From NCBI GenBank assembly GCA_964252035.1, contig OZ176202.1: a DNA stretch of 64,000 bases; one strand, written 5' to 3'. The translations under genes and the position numbers were made by a program. Origin of the DNA: Podarcis erhardii (Eukaryota). The first letter of the stretch is position 1; every line of letters starts with the position of its first letter. Below are positions 48,901 through 62,838 of the stretch, in pieces. The notes under the pieces were generated by a model. The model did no database searches. It was not told the origin of the DNA and saw only the letters and a list, made by a program, of their open reading frames with translations.

Positions 48901-50388
48901 TAATACTGTAATTTTTTAATCAATTTTGCAAAGACTAACATTAAAAATTAAGCATCTTACTTTTTTTTGTAAATCTTGATTTCTGTGTGCATTTGTTCCA
49001 TATAATTGCTACCCAAATTTTCAGAATACAACTGCTGTGTATGACATATAAACCTAGGATTTACATATTAAACATCCAAAAGGGTTGCATTGCACATTTT
49101 GAGCACACAGCTTCTACATAATGGATTTATATTGTAAGAGATGTAACACAGAAAGGAAGTATGACACACAGGGCTAGAAATTAAACTTCAAATACTGATC
49201 CAGTTGTTTGCCTGGTATAAAAATAGCACTCAACCGAATTAGGAGAAGTTTGATGAGGACTTACTGATATTATTAAAAGCCTGGCAAGATTCCACCGCCC
49301 CCCATTTCGAGCCCTGCATTCAAATTATGAGGATAGCATGACTTGCATGTAGCAAACATTACAAAGAAACAAGGGTAGAAATTAATTTGCTTTTATCTTT
49401 CACTTCTAGTTAAGGGTATGTCCAGACCAAAGATCTGTCTGCTTGTCTCATGAGTTGCTCTTTACAGGTTTGCAGTACATACATCTCCTCTTCTTCTCCC
49501 AGAACTACATTCTTAAAAAAAACAAAAACTGCTAAATATATGCACTGTACACCCTCCTATATACACACCCTAACTTCTCAGATGTGCTGAGGGGGCGCAT
49601 GAGGTATTTCCACTGGATGGCAAAGTTTATAACTTCATACAAAGCTGTTTGCTTTGTTTGGAAGGAGTTGTCTCAGGGCTGCCAAAGGGAAATAAACAGT
49701 TGAACATATCAAGTGATAGGATCAGGTTAGTCCAAAGGCCTGTGCATGGCAAGTAACTTCTTGCATGCTATCAGAACATTTTTCACTCTCCCTCAGTTTC
49801 AAAAGCATTTTGCCAGGTAGCATTGGGGAACGCTGTTCAATAAAAGCAAATGCAAACCCAAATCCTTGGGTACATGAAAATAGCTGAATGGTTCTCCTGA
49901 TCCAATTTGCATTGCCCACTGTAAATGATAGGGTGCACACACAGACTAAACTAACTTCAAAAATTAGATGGAATGATTAGCAATCATTTACTGAAGCATT
50001 AAGTTCTGCACAAAGATTCCCAGAAATACAAACCAGGAGAGATCACACAATCAACAACAGCCTCTATGGTCTCTAAGTCAAACAAAAATTGGCTGGTTTG
50101 GACAAACCTTAACAAGAAGTGTTTTATGGTAGCCAAAAATTAAATATTAATATTTTAAAAGTATTCCCCCCAATACTTTATCCAACTGGATAAAAGCAAT
50201 GACCCCAACACCTCTGGATTTTAAGTATCATTAATTTCCACCCCTGGTAACTGTGAACAGGAAAGCAGTCAGGAGCAGCAAAGTAAAAGAGTAAGTAGTT
50301 TGAGGAAAACATTGAAAGAAAGATAGTATTGGTGAAGTGAAAAGAGGCAGGAATTTATGAATTTTAAGGTGCAATGTTTTCCACTTAC

Positions 50389-50499
50389 TCTTCACCCCCT
50401 TTTTCCCCTTGCGCTCCTTTTTGTATTGCTCCTTCAGTTTGGTTATTACTCCCTGGTCCACATTCCAGGCTTCAGGCATGAGACACTGGTCTTCCTTTT
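50389..50499 (-). CDS. STRN: STRN exon 8 (EKEDQCLMPEAWNVDQGVITKLKEQYKKERKGKKGVK)
   Basis: ttgtctAG acceptor and GA|GTAAGT donor; 111 nt. Confidence 0.97.
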
Positions 50500-53009
50500 C
50501 TAGACAAAGTAAAACAAATGAAACATCTTCTTTATGTCATTTATTTATTTGATACTGAAGAAGGCAGCAGCTGCTGATCTATAAGTAATTTATTTATTTT
50601 GCACTGAAGGCGGCAGAGGTTGCTGATGTATACATTTGGGGTTTTTTTAAGGCAACAATAAACAGTGCTGCAGTTGAAGGCCAAACGGCATGTGCTTCTT
50701 TTCACATGTTCACCTTATTCATATGGTGAGGAAGAGGGAGTGTTGTTTAGCAGAGCAACAGGAGAAGAGCCCTGAACCCTTCCCCACTCAATGCCATGCC
50801 TTCCCTCAGTGTTGTTCCAGCTCCTTTTCTCTGTTCTCAGCTCACTGCTGTTATCTGAGTCAGAAATAGGATAAAAGCTGCTGGAGCAACTGATTGCAGA
50901 CAGATAAAGCATAAGTAATTTCGTTGTCCCTGAGAGGGGGCAATGACAATAAAGATATTATTATTATTATTATAAGTGGGGAAAGAGTTCAGCCCTCCCC
51001 TTGCTGCACAGCTTGTACCGTTAAAAGTAAGATCCGCCCACCCCTCTCCACTTTATAAATGGACTGAGCCAAAATATGAATGCTGGCTCCACCACAGCTC
51101 AATTGAGCCTAAGTGCCATTCTATTTCACTTCTTCAGAAGTCTTCAAAAAAGTAATTGGGGGTTGGTGTTAGCAATAGCCAGTTTCTGATCCCAACCCTT
51201 TATTCATTCTGAGTGAAAATACTTCATTTTTAATGTAATTGGTAATTACTTCAAACATTTCCCCTTTCAGTCTTCACTGTCTATGTTACTTGAGTCTTTG
51301 AATACCCACTTACTTTTGACTGGGTTTCTCTTATGTTGCGCAACATAGATAAAAATAAATTACTAAAATTCTTTAGCAAGAAAACAGGCACACAGCTGTA
51401 TTAGATAGTAACAGAAACAGTAAATCTAGGCATTATTCTTCAATGCGGGTGTGTCTCCTTTCAATAATGGTGTTCAAGAGCTGTAAGAATAACCTGGTCT
51501 CATTCATACAGTTCAAATTATGACATCTTACACCAGCTATAGATAGCAGAAGGCACACAACCCAGAGGTCCTTAGGTTCCACAAACCACACTTTACACCA
51601 AGGCTGAATCTTAGGCTGCATCAAAATGACAAGCACCCCCCAACTAGTGTAACATGAGAAAGCAAATGGAATGAAGGTTCTTTAAGCCCAGGGGTATCAT
51701 CTAATAATAGGTTCATTTAATAACTGATTTGGAGACTGCCACATTACTGATCCTGCAAGTCAATTCAGAGTAGCAAAGAGTAGCACAGGACTTGGCACAT
51801 TTTCATATGCCATGCTGGTGTCGCATAAGCCAAGTGAGCATGCTTAACACTTGCAAAAGATTCCATCTGAAAGCACACTTAAAGGTACGTTCTGTAATGA
51901 CATGTAACACAGCGTTTTGGGAACTGTTTTCCAAGCGCAGGCTGAACTTCAGAAGAATTTTGCAACTTGCCATCTGCTTATACAAGAGTGTCTGTATTAC
52001 AATGAAGCCAACATGGAGCATTGTAACATCATCATCATCATCATCATTATTAAAATTTCTATACCGCCCTTCACCCAAGGATGACAGGGCAGTTTACAAT
52101 ATAAAAACACAAAAATGCATAACATAGTAACAAAAACTAATACACCCCCCAATTATTATTATTCTTTACTCTCATCAGCAAGAAGCCAATAAAAAGGTAC
52201 AGATTGTTTGTGTTTCACGTCCCTGGTGCCAACCACCTGACTGTGTTCATGTCAGGTGCACAACACTGCTGCTACCTCTGCAGATCTTATGAAATGGCAT
52301 TCCACCTGTTGTTACCTTTTTGGGAGGGTCACAAGGAGAAGGGAGTTGCTATAATTACACATAACCCCAGATATTGTGTAGAAATGGCATTCTGACTTGT
52401 CCTAACGTGTTTTTACCTCTGGTTATACATCACCTGTGATAACACATTAAAAAATTCATTCAAGTGGCTTTTTTTAAAGTCTGTTTGTCACATGAGGCAA
52501 ATCTTGCTCTAATAAACTATATAGATTACTCAGATGTTTTCTTTCTTCCATTTCTGAATACTGATGCACAACAGTATCCAGCTCTCAGATTTCTCGTTCA
52601 TAGCATATGCATACTTACCTAGGATTAAGCCCCACAGAATTTGGTGGGACTTCCTCCAGGTAACACATGCATGTGATTGGGCTGCCAGAGTCAGTGGAGC
52701 ATAAGGTATGATGGATTCAACCTATGCCATTTGAACAGGTGTGGGAGAAAGAAAAATAAAACATAGCCAGATGTGGGCAGGATGGAGCAGAGGAAGTTCA
52801 GCAAATGGCGGTTACAAAATCCAAAGTGTGGGAAATTAAGCAAAAAGTGATTGTCAGGAAGCAAGTAGTTAATAAAGTAGGAACAGATGCAGAGTTTACA
52901 ACAACAATGCCGGATAAGAAGGACCAACCAACCATGATTGCAACAGAAACTGGCTAAGAGTGAAGTAACTGGAGTATCAGCCAGGGAGGAGAGCTCCCAA
53001 GTAAAGGAA

Positions 53010-53011
<2 letters not shown>

Positions 53012-53081
<70 letters not shown>
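53012..53081. repeat. Compound (TC)n(CA)n microsatellite
   Basis: Direct observation. Confidence 0.95.
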
Positions 53082-53083
<2 letters not shown>

Positions 53084-54307
53084 CCCCAGAGGAACAGTAA
53101 ATATGGATAGGTATGAGTTTATAAAGGATTACAAGAATATCTGCAGGAAATGGGTTAGTATGATGGACCCTTCAGAAACAGATTGTAAAGGCAAAGGCAC
53201 AATTTCAATCCCGTTTCGAATTATTTGTATTTGGCTACTCTGGAAGAAGTGAAATGCCATCAAGGATGCCATCAAGGAAGTGCCAAGTAAAAATAATGTA
53301 TATAACAACTGACATGTAAGGAGATAGGAGACAGACATTCTGCATTTTAGACACCTGCTGAAAACTTCCCTGTTTACTCTGGTCTTCCCCAGTTGTATTT
53401 TGAGTTTGCAGAGATACAATCTACAAAGGCAGCTAAATTATGTTTCATAGTTTTTATTTGATTGTTCTTATATTATTTATCCTTCTGTCCTCTTGTTCAC
53501 CACTCACAGATATTCTATATTAAACATTTTATACATTCTTAAAAATAAATCTTGGTCTGGTAGGCAAAGGGAGTGCAGAGAATGAAAGTGAACCCAACAT
53601 GCAAAACTGGCTTCAGAAGGAATGGGAAGCCCGACACTGCAGGTCAGACTCCCATCTGGCCACTTTGCCCTGACACAGGCTCACATTGTCTGCCATTTCA
53701 TACTGTTTTTTTACTCTACCATTTCACTACCTGAAGTCATGAAGCTAATGCCAAAGCAGACTCTGTGGGGCTTATTCTGGCCCAAGGGCTTTAACGCCAA
53801 GAAGTATCAAGAAGTGGAGGTGGTCTGTGTCTTGGTCGTTCTCTTATGTAACAAGATTGAATCAAGTGTTGTTTCCTTCTTGGCCAACCCATGAAACACA
53901 TAAAATCATGACAGGCACATGACCTACAACCTTCTCCTACTGGGTTACCTCTACACCCAGTTTCCGCAGCATTGCATGGCTAAGACACTGTATCTGCCAT
54001 GTTCCTAAGGAGTTAGAAGGTTTTGTATGATGTTTTCGTGGCATCCCCAAAGAATAGCCAATTTCCTTACAGAATAGAGTTTTAAAAGTTACATCTTACA
54101 ACTAACTCAAACTATTCATAGAAAATGATAACTTCAATAAAATTGTTTATTCTATCTAGATAAAATACAAAGGTGGGGAGGATCTGGCAGGGCTTGTGTC
54201 ACCCCAGAGCTACAGCAGCATATCCTTAACAATATTACAACTGCTACATTTTTTTTGCATTTAACCAAGTTCCTGCATTTCTGAAGAATTCCTTTTTACT
54301 TCCTTAC

Positions 54308-54443
54308 CCCAGTCTGTGCCGTCTCCTGAACTTCTTGACTCTCCATCTCCTTCATCAGATGTAGCCAAGAAATCAAACTCCTTCAAGGCCTCTTCAGTAT
54401 CTCGGTCTTCACTGCTATCTGATAGCACCCTTTTCCTCACAAT
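54308..54443 (-). CDS. STRN: STRN exon 7 (IVRKRVLSDSSEDRDTEEALKEFDFLATSDEGDGESRSSGDGTDW)
   Basis: ttcatAG acceptor and GG|GTAAGG donor; 136 nt. Confidence 0.96.
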
Positions 54444-54857
54444 CTATGAAGGACAGAAAATGAAATGAAACACTTGTGTCTGTATTATTTCTACATATCC
54501 CTGCACTCTAGGGGGGCGGGGACACAGAAGAGAAGGCTATATACATCACTGTTCATTTTAAATTTAACTTCAATACTAATGTACTATATAATTTTTAGAA
54601 CACTAGGGAATTTAATGTAATTTAATCAAAGCCGTGTGTAAATTGTAGAGGAGGAGGCCAAGCTAGGCTTCTTTTAATTGGACAGGAGGTAGCAATGCAG
54701 TACTAGAATACTATTTTATCAGACCGACTTGCAAAAATGTGCCACAATTAAATCCATGCATTTGCTCACACATAAGGATTGGAATATATGCCATATCATG
54801 ATTTTTAAGATCCCATCACTGAAAGTCTTGTTCTATGATTAAGAGTTCTCAGCCCAC

Positions 54858-54993
54858 CGTTGAAGTGTCCATGATTGTTCTCTCTCTTCCATCAATATCA
54901 TCATCTTCGTCCTCATCACTAAATTCTGCTGCAGCATTTTCAAGGAATTTAAATGTCTCTAGCAGCGAAGCAGAGTCTGTCAAATCTGGTTTC
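54858..54993 (-). CDS. STRN: STRN exon 6 (KPDLTDSASLLETFKFLENAAAEFSDEDEDDDIDGRERTIMDTST)
   Basis: tatctAG acceptor and ACG|GTGGGC donor; 136 nt. Confidence 0.95.
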
Positions 54994-57900
54994 CTAGATA
55001 AAAATTAAAATAGCAGCAAAGGGTTATTTTGTCTGTTTTTCTCTCTTCATTATGTTTAACAAAGCCAAACACACATAAAAAATATAGGGAAAATGATATA
55101 ATTCTCCAATAGATCTGCAATTTCTTTTTAATATATAAATGTTCTTATTTATTTTCATAATAAAACCAAACATTTACAACAATATAAAATTTGGCATCCA
55201 TGTCATTATACACAGCATCGGTTTGAAAGAGTTTTATCATTAGTCCACACGATCTCTCTCTGTGTGCTACTGGAACTTCAGTTTCACATTCATAAATGTA
55301 TATTGCGGTGCACGACAAAAACTAGAATGAGTCTCATGGCACCATCAGGACTAAAAAAAAATGACAGTACACACTCTTTTATAGACTACAGTTCACTCCA
55401 TTCAATGCACAAAGCATAACTCTCGGTTTGAAGATATACACACACAAGCAAAGGGGAAAACTGTAAATGTTTTGAGTTAAATTACAATGAAATATAAAAT
55501 GTATATTCTGATAATTCAATTAGAACTTAAATGTATGCAAAATATGCAATGATACTTCACCACAGCAGCAACTGGTTGATTACTCAACAATGCTAAGATG
55601 CTTCCATTAATGTGTTTCATTACCACTTAACTCCAGCTTCCCCTATTTTCTTTTACACGTGTGTGTGTGTGTGTGTAGATACATACATACATACACACTC
55701 CTCTGTCTATTTAGGATTGAAATTCAAGCAACTGGAGTTCACAAAAGCTTGTGACATAACGAATTTGTTAGTCTTGAATGTATCACAAGACTTAAACAGC
55801 TATTCCTATGAAAAATGACGACGAAGGGGCCTTTTATTATATTCTGGGCTGGATCCAGAGATCACATGAGCAGAGTCCCCTGGTGCCCCTAAAAATGTGC
55901 TCAGGAAGTTAGAATCCCCTCTTCCTCTTTCTCTGAATGGCAGCCTCCACTGGATTGCCAGCTCTTCCATTTGCAGAAGGCTACCTCTTGATCCAAACTC
56001 TTTAAATTTATTTACCATGCTTCGTTTAACATGGACTCCACTTGAGCAAACACTTTGAAAAGTGAAAATTTGAAATTATCCACTTTTAGAAGAAAACGCA
56101 CACACAGCACCACAAGCAGCACTACTTTTGAAAATGAGCATATATGAATCCACATTTCAACAGACTAGCCAACCACTACTGATCAGCAATATCACAATTC
56201 TCACATTGATACCTGAAATTGTCTTCTTTTGTCTTGAGATTAGAAAGCAATGTCTTCACTGATATAGTTAGATGCTTAAACCTCCAGTTTCTAGATTACT
56301 ACTTGGGACAGTAGTAATAAATAAACTTTGTTTGTTTATTTTGAAAAAAGAAGCAGCAACTTGCTGGATTTCAAGATTCTCAACACAAGGTGAGGGGTAC
56401 CTTCTTGGACAAGAATAAAATAAATGAAGCCGCAACTGCAGCTCCCCAAACACCTAGCTTTACTGATACTTTCTTCAGGTTTTCCTAAATAAACTAATTG
56501 CTGTTTTCTTCATTCACTTAGTAACTATTAAATACATTTTCTCTTATCCAGATAGTTGTATTGTTTCTTTTTCTGAAACTATGAAGAAAGTTGAGAATAA
56601 AACACTGCTGGATCCAGAGTTCGTTATTTTGTTCTTAAATGTGCACAGTTTCCAGCTACAAGCCTCTCTTATTTAACCCGTCACTTGATTCCGATTACTA
56701 GTTAAACACTAAAATGAGAGAGGATTCATTATTATTTCTACACTGCATTTTCATTTAAAATATAGCTTCAAGCATACTAGGCGGCTGTGTGGGTAACCAA
56801 GGCAGTTGCAAACAAGCATTTTTTCATTATGCAACAAAAGGCAGTAAAACAAGGAAAACGGGCCAGGTCATAATTAATGCCATGTCAGTCAGGGTATAGA
56901 AAAATGTAAAGGAAAGTTAGCAAGGCTACAATTTTTTAAATTTGAAATTTCAAGAAAAAATCCCATGCATGTTTGTCAATATATTAATAAGGCCAATAGT
57001 GCAATCCTATGCTCAAAAGTGCATAAGATTGCAGCCTAAGTGTCTCAAAAGTTCTGGAAACATACATTCAGATTTAACTGTAAGCCACCCAGAGAACTTT
57101 GCTATTGTGTGTCCTATAAATGTCATAAAACACGTTGCCTTCTGTGGCTAACTAGCACCATATTGTAGAAACATTACAGTATAACCTTTTTCAGAGATGT
57201 ACGACTATTTCTGCATGTGGTGGCAGAAAATAATTAAAATAGCTGCCTGCTCCTAAGTCATGTCTGCTTGGAATCTACGAATTGGATAGAATATTTAAAT
57301 AGGATTTCTGCACATGCAACCCTACATACATAATTTTAGGGGTAAGGCTAATGCCAATGAGGCCCACATACATTTGAAGTTGAGTTTAGGTAAAGATAAC
57401 TATGTGAACATGAGGCAGTCCAGGGAAGTGATAGGTACACACAAAGTGATCCTATTCTCCACTTTATGCAGACTGTACACACTGGCAGGTATGCATAAAT
57501 GGTGGATGTGAAGCAACAGTAATCACACTAACACTGTTAAAGCGAAAATATTGCTAAAGAAATGATATTCACTGTCCCATACAAGTCTCAAGTGATGAAC
57601 ACATTCTGAATTCTTTTATACACACTGCCCAACAAATTATGCAAATATCACATTGATTAATGCAAAATTCTTTTAAAAATGCAGTTACAGTTTACTGCCC
57701 AGATAAATAGAAATATCACAATGTGCAGAATCTTAATATTGAAAATCAGATAACATCACACAGAAAAATCCAAGAAGTATCATAAGGTTTATCTTTTAAA
57801 AGTAATAATCACATGACATGTACACTTATTCTTCTATTACATACGTTACATGGAAAAGGGCTTGTTACATCTTTTCTATACACCTTCCTTAGGTCTTATC

Positions 57901-58609
57901 TGAATTTTTTAAAAAAGGATTTCAGTTCTATAGTTTCTTTGTCTGATGAAGACTTGAGGTGGAGAGTAGAGACAGCAGAATAGCAGAATCCCTAAAACAT
58001 CAGAAAGGACGCAAATGTGGAAGAGACTCAGATTCAGCTACAACTTTTATTATTTATTTATTATTATAAGCCTAAGTGCTCATTAATATTCCCAATAATG
58101 CTATGAACAAGAGCACCCCTTCTGGCATTTGGCAAATCAACTTTGTGATGTCACACAGTCAAATCTAATTGTTGCATGATGTCATCACTAAAACCATTCC
58201 ATGTGAGATCAGGAAACATGATCTTCACTTTGAATTGGCTTTCTGACGCTGTAATGCAGCTAAATCTGATTGGCTAAGTGATGTCATCACATTTACAACA
58301 TGATTCTTGACTGGCTTTTGGTCAGTTCCAGGAACATCAAGTGGCAGTAATGAGGGGGAAAAGCACCAAAATAGCAATATAGAACCCTAAAGTTCTGCTC
58401 AAAGAAAGTGGCTTTCCCACTTCCTCCTGCCTGTGCAGCATCTTGTGACCTCAGAGCACACTTCATATTGTACAAGAATCTGCAGCTACTGGCCAGGGTG
58501 GGCAAGATCAGCAGAAATCTATGTCACTCCTTGGGCAACTGGAAGTGTTTTCAGCTCATGCAAGTTGTTTTATTTTAGCTCAAACACAGGCAGCAAATAA
58601 CAGCAGAAG

Positions 58610-58850
58610 TCTGGAACCAGGCCTTCAGAGTGGTGGCACCTACCCTTTGAAACTGCCTCCTGTTACACAACAGAGAGGCACCATCTCTATCATCTTTTGG
58701 AGCCTATTGAAGACCTTCCTTTTTCAAGGTTTTAATCCCAGTCTGTATCAGATCTGAAATTGTTTTTATATACAGAATTTGTTTTTAATTAGTTTCATTG
58801 TTGAAGTTCTCATTGTGAAGTGTTCTGACATATTTTATGGGAAGTGATTC
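58610..58850 (+). mobile_element. Degenerate L2 3' fragment
   Basis: ggccttcagagtggtggcacctaccctttgaaactgcctcc...gaagaccttcctttt corresponds to decayed RAFSVVAPTLWNSLP...LKTFLF. Confidence 0.6.
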
Positions 58851-60530
58851 ATAAACAGAATCAATCAGATAAATGAAAATAATATATGCAAAGCGCTAGT
58901 GCTTGGGCATGGAAAATACCTGGCACAACCCTAATCTTAAAATGTAAGCTTAAAAAAAAAAATCAGTCTCAGCTTTCTAGAACAGACAACTTTAAAACTA
59001 ACATTACTATTACTGCAAGATCCTTTAACAAGTTCTGATAGTTGTGTACATTCAGCTTTACCATGAACCTCTTGGAAGGAATTCCAAGTTGGAGTTGAGT
59101 CAACTAACAACTTTTATCAATTATAAAACTCATTTTGCAAGACAGTTGAAAGGCGCTTTTCATGAAAAAAGAAGAAGTAAAGCATTTATTGCTTGAAAAA
59201 CACCTTAAACATATTTTCTGATAAGATTTAGAAATGTTTACAACAATGCTTCAAAGTCAATTTGAAAATCAGAAATGTTACATGGGCTGGGCTTTATTAC
59301 TGCACACTGTGCCTCAGATAGCAGAACAATGCAGTTCCCCCAACTTTTTACTTAACTTGCAAAGGAAAAGGTAACATCATTAAACTAAAGAAGCAGGTAT
59401 TAAAATGAGAACTAACTGGTATCCCACGCAAGGCTACACCCGGTTTCATTTGTTTTTCTTCTGCCAAACATGTTAATGACAAAATGCATCTTTTACATCC
59501 ATGGCAAACACTGGAAATCCTAGATGTTAATACAAAGGTTAATTATTTTAGTGTCCCCTGCTGAGTTCAGTCATGCTGAGCTGTGGTACTTATCTTTTAT
59601 AGCACCAGTGTGCTGATCTGAAGTAGTGAACCATTTCTTTCAGTAAACATTATGAAACATGTGTGAGTAAGATTATAACTGTCAAACTATCAAGATAATG
59701 TTTCCATTGATGGATTCAATATCTTCCAGGATACATCCCAAGTCCACATGATGCTCTTGAGTGCAAAAGTTTTCACTGGGATCTGTACATTAGCAAATAC
59801 ATTGACTTGCATAAAATTTTCCATGAACAGAACAAGTAGTTCATCTTTAAGGAAGCATTACGACATATTTACATCACCTTAGAAAGCAGAAGATTAAAAA
59901 AAAAATGCTCTTGAAAATGTTTTGTCTTTTGTTATTTATCCTTGCTGATTTAGAACTACTCTCATAATAGTAAATAAGAACACACTCTTATCAACAGAGT
60001 TGTCACTAAAGAAAAATAAAGAATTCCACAGGAGTAGAAACCCCTGAACCCAAAGTTCATATGAACAATTTAAGTCTTTTCTCCCTCCAGCTTCCATCCA
60101 AATCTGCTCTAAGCCATCAGCAAAATTACTAACATACATTATGAAAGTACACTCAATTGTTGTGTTTACAGTTTGGGATGCAAGGGGAATGTTACATCTC
60201 AGGACATGACACTTCTTTCAAGACTTGCATAATATCTGCTTAGAAGAACAGGCTACTCACAAACCTAACAATGTCCTAAATTGAGCTTGATGTAACCTAC
60301 TAGAGTACTTTAAAAAAAAAAGAAAGGAGTCCACTAATTTTCCTAGACTAAGCAAATTTAGTTGCTTAGCTTACAAGGAAGAGAATGAAAAATTCAGCAA
60401 ATATACACACAAAGTTGAAATGTAATAAACTGGTGCAGTGTATGACACCACTGGAAAATTTACTTAAGTACATTACATTCAAAAGCATAATTTGTACCAC
60501 TGGAAGCATCCCACTGTCAAAAGCACTTAC

Positions 60531-60698
60531 CCAATCATCACCTTTTCTTTAATCTCAGCATCTGTGCCATTCACCATTGATTCTTGGTTTTTGTCATTTT
60601 CCCTGTCTGGACCATCACCTGAGAGACCCAGTAAAGTTCGTACCCGCTTTGACTTCACATCCAGTATGGTGTCAGTGTATCCCACCTCTTGCAGATAT
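60531..60698 (-). CDS. STRN: STRN exon 5 (YLQEVGYTDTILDVKSKRVRTLLG...KVMIG)
   Basis: tacAG acceptor and GG|GTAAGT donor; 168 nt. Confidence 0.97.
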
Positions 60699-61738
60699 CT
60701 GTATATATAGAAATCATGTCAATTGCTCGTGAGCTGTCAGCAAAGATGTTACAGTCAATCACCACAATCCACCCAGAATCAACCAATAGACTGTGGTAAG
60801 AAGAAGAATGTAGCTGTGTGCTGACACAACAGGCTTACAAATCTTCTTGTGCCAGTTTCAGAGGGGATTGTCTCTTGCAGTACCAGTCTCTACAGTCCCC
60901 AAGAAAGGCAAAGAGCTCTGCTGTCTGCATATACACAATACTTTATTCATTATACTTGCCAAAAGAAACCAAAGTTCTCCGTGCATTTTCAACCCATTTT
61001 TTCCCCATACAGTTACTTTTATATAGGCAACTCTTTATAAGAAATTTTCCACAATCAAAACCAATGCCTTACCAAAGCGTTCTTGGCCATTAGGCAAGTT
61101 TATAAGAATTTGTGTTCTCTCAACTGTCTAGTCTACCAAACAGCATTTCCTTCTAGTTTCCCTTCTCAAGTGAATACTGCCTTACAATAAAGTCAGAAAT
61201 TGGTTAAATTTGCTTTTAATCTTTTTGCAATCCTTAAACTTTTGAACAAAAAGGTTTCAAACATTATTGCAATGACCACAAAGAATAAATATTCTCATGC
61301 TTCTGAATTCCCTCACCTGTCACCCAGCCCTGCTGGTCAGTTCCAGTAAACTCAAGGCTCTTGGTGAAAGGAGTTCCAGTTCTCTCAATCTAGAACCAGA
61401 AGTTCCAAACAGGAACACTTAACATGGGGTTTTCAAGTGGGGAGGAGTAGAATGAGAAGCCTTCCATACCCAATCCTTATTGCTAGCAGGACAGCCCAGA
61501 ACTAATTTAAGAACCATCCATCAAGAGTGACACGCATTAATCCCACCCTATTTTTCTCATCACAAGCTATTCAAGTTTTAATCAATACCTCATCCTGCCT
61601 TCATTATAATTTTGCTATCTATCCTCAGGGAAGAAGCATAGCTCAGCAGGAGAGCATGTGTTTTGTCTGTAAAAAGGTCCAAGGTTCAGTCCCAGATAGG
61701 AAAGACCCTCATCTGAAACCCGTTTTTAGGTCACTTAC

Positions 61739-61817
61739 TGCCTGAGCAGCTGTCGTCCTTGTTTCCATATTAGCTGACTAGTTGGCTGTGACTGAACTTC
61801 AGTTTCATTCCCTTCAT
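61739..61817 (-). CDS. STRN: STRN exon 4 (DEGNETEVQSQPTSQLIWKQGRQLLRQ), start of the Ca2+-calmodulin-binding region
   Basis: tttcAG acceptor and CA|GTAAGT donor; 79 nt. Confidence 0.96.
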
Positions 61818-61955
61818 CTGAAATATTAAAACCAATATAGTTTTGAAGCCTGCTTTTCGTAAGCAGTCTTGTGCATTACAGCATGCTTAAAAAAATAAAA
61901 TAGTTACACTCTTAATTATTTACATCTGTAGAATATTGCACATTTAATTCCTATA

Positions 61956-62198
61956 CAGTGGTACCTCAGGTTACATATGCTTCAGGTTACATGTGCTACA
62001 AGGTTACAGACTCTGCTAACTCAGAAATAGTACCTCAGGTTAAGAACTTTGCTTCAGGATGAGAACAGAAATTGCGCAGAAGCGGCACAGCAGCAGCGGG
62101 AGGCCCCATTAGCTAAAGTGGTGCTTCAGGTTAAGAACAGTTTCAGCTTAAGAAAAGACCTCTGGAATGAATTAAGTACTTAACCCGAGGTACCACTG
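61956..62198. mobile_element. Tc1/mariner (Tigger/pogo-like) MITE
   Basis: TIRs CAGTGGTACCTC...GAGGTACCACTG with TA flanks; internal cttcaggtta repeats. Confidence 0.88.
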
Positions 62199-62764
62199 TA
62201 TATCTGTGTTTTTGCAATGACCTATACAACACAGGAGAACAAATGCAAACTGTACATAAGAATTCAGAACAGGAACATAAAAAGTTGTGATAAGTTTAAC
62301 AACAGTATACCTTCTCCACCTAGTCACAGTTTCACGCTCCCTCAAAAAGAGAAAGAAACCAAGTTGCTTTGGGTAATGAGGAAATTTTGAAGCAATGGGT
62401 GCATATGTAGCATGCCAACACAGGACAATACTGTTTGTTAAGAGAGCACAAGAATTAAAACCAACAATAAGCATCCTCTTTAACATCATTTTATTTATTA
62501 TGGGTCTGGCAGCATACAGGTGGTTTCATTTTAAGCCAAGGGGACAACAGCTATGAAGGCTAAGGTTAAATTTAGACAGACTTAATTGGAGAGAGAGGGA
62601 GATTTGCACGTGAAGAGGCAGAGGATGTGCAGGGCCAGTAGTCACACCCAACCCCTCAAAGCCTTCTATTACATACATATCAGACTAAGTCAATACATTT
62701 CACAAAACGGCAGCTTTTTCTCTTTTGCCCAGTCTCGTTTTCCTTTACACAAATCAATCCTTAC

Positions 62765-62838
62765 CTGAATCATAGTTAGGAGGCTTCATGTCTCCCTGAT
62801 TCAGCTCTGTGCCATATTTTAACTTGTGGTATTTAGCT
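62765..62838 (-). CDS. STRN: STRN exon 3 (AKYHKLKYGTELNQGDMKPPNYDS)
   Basis: ttcctttatAG acceptor and CAG|GTAAGG donor on the - strand; 74 nt. Confidence 0.97.

Larger units (their letters stand above)
31321..62838 (-). other. STRN: STRN (striatin) gene body, 5'-partial: exons equivalent to 3-18
   Basis: 16 GT-AG exons join in frame (2005 nt = 1 + 668 codons including the stop). EKEDQCLMPEAWNVDQGVITKLKEQY identifies STRN rather than STRN3/STRN4, and the gene is adjacent to VIT. Confidence 0.98.

Noticed and set aside
57880-57991. Acceptor-like tttctgatgttttAG on the - strand in STRN intron 5
   Set aside because: In-frame stop after about 21 codons and only a weak donor; indistinguishable from background.
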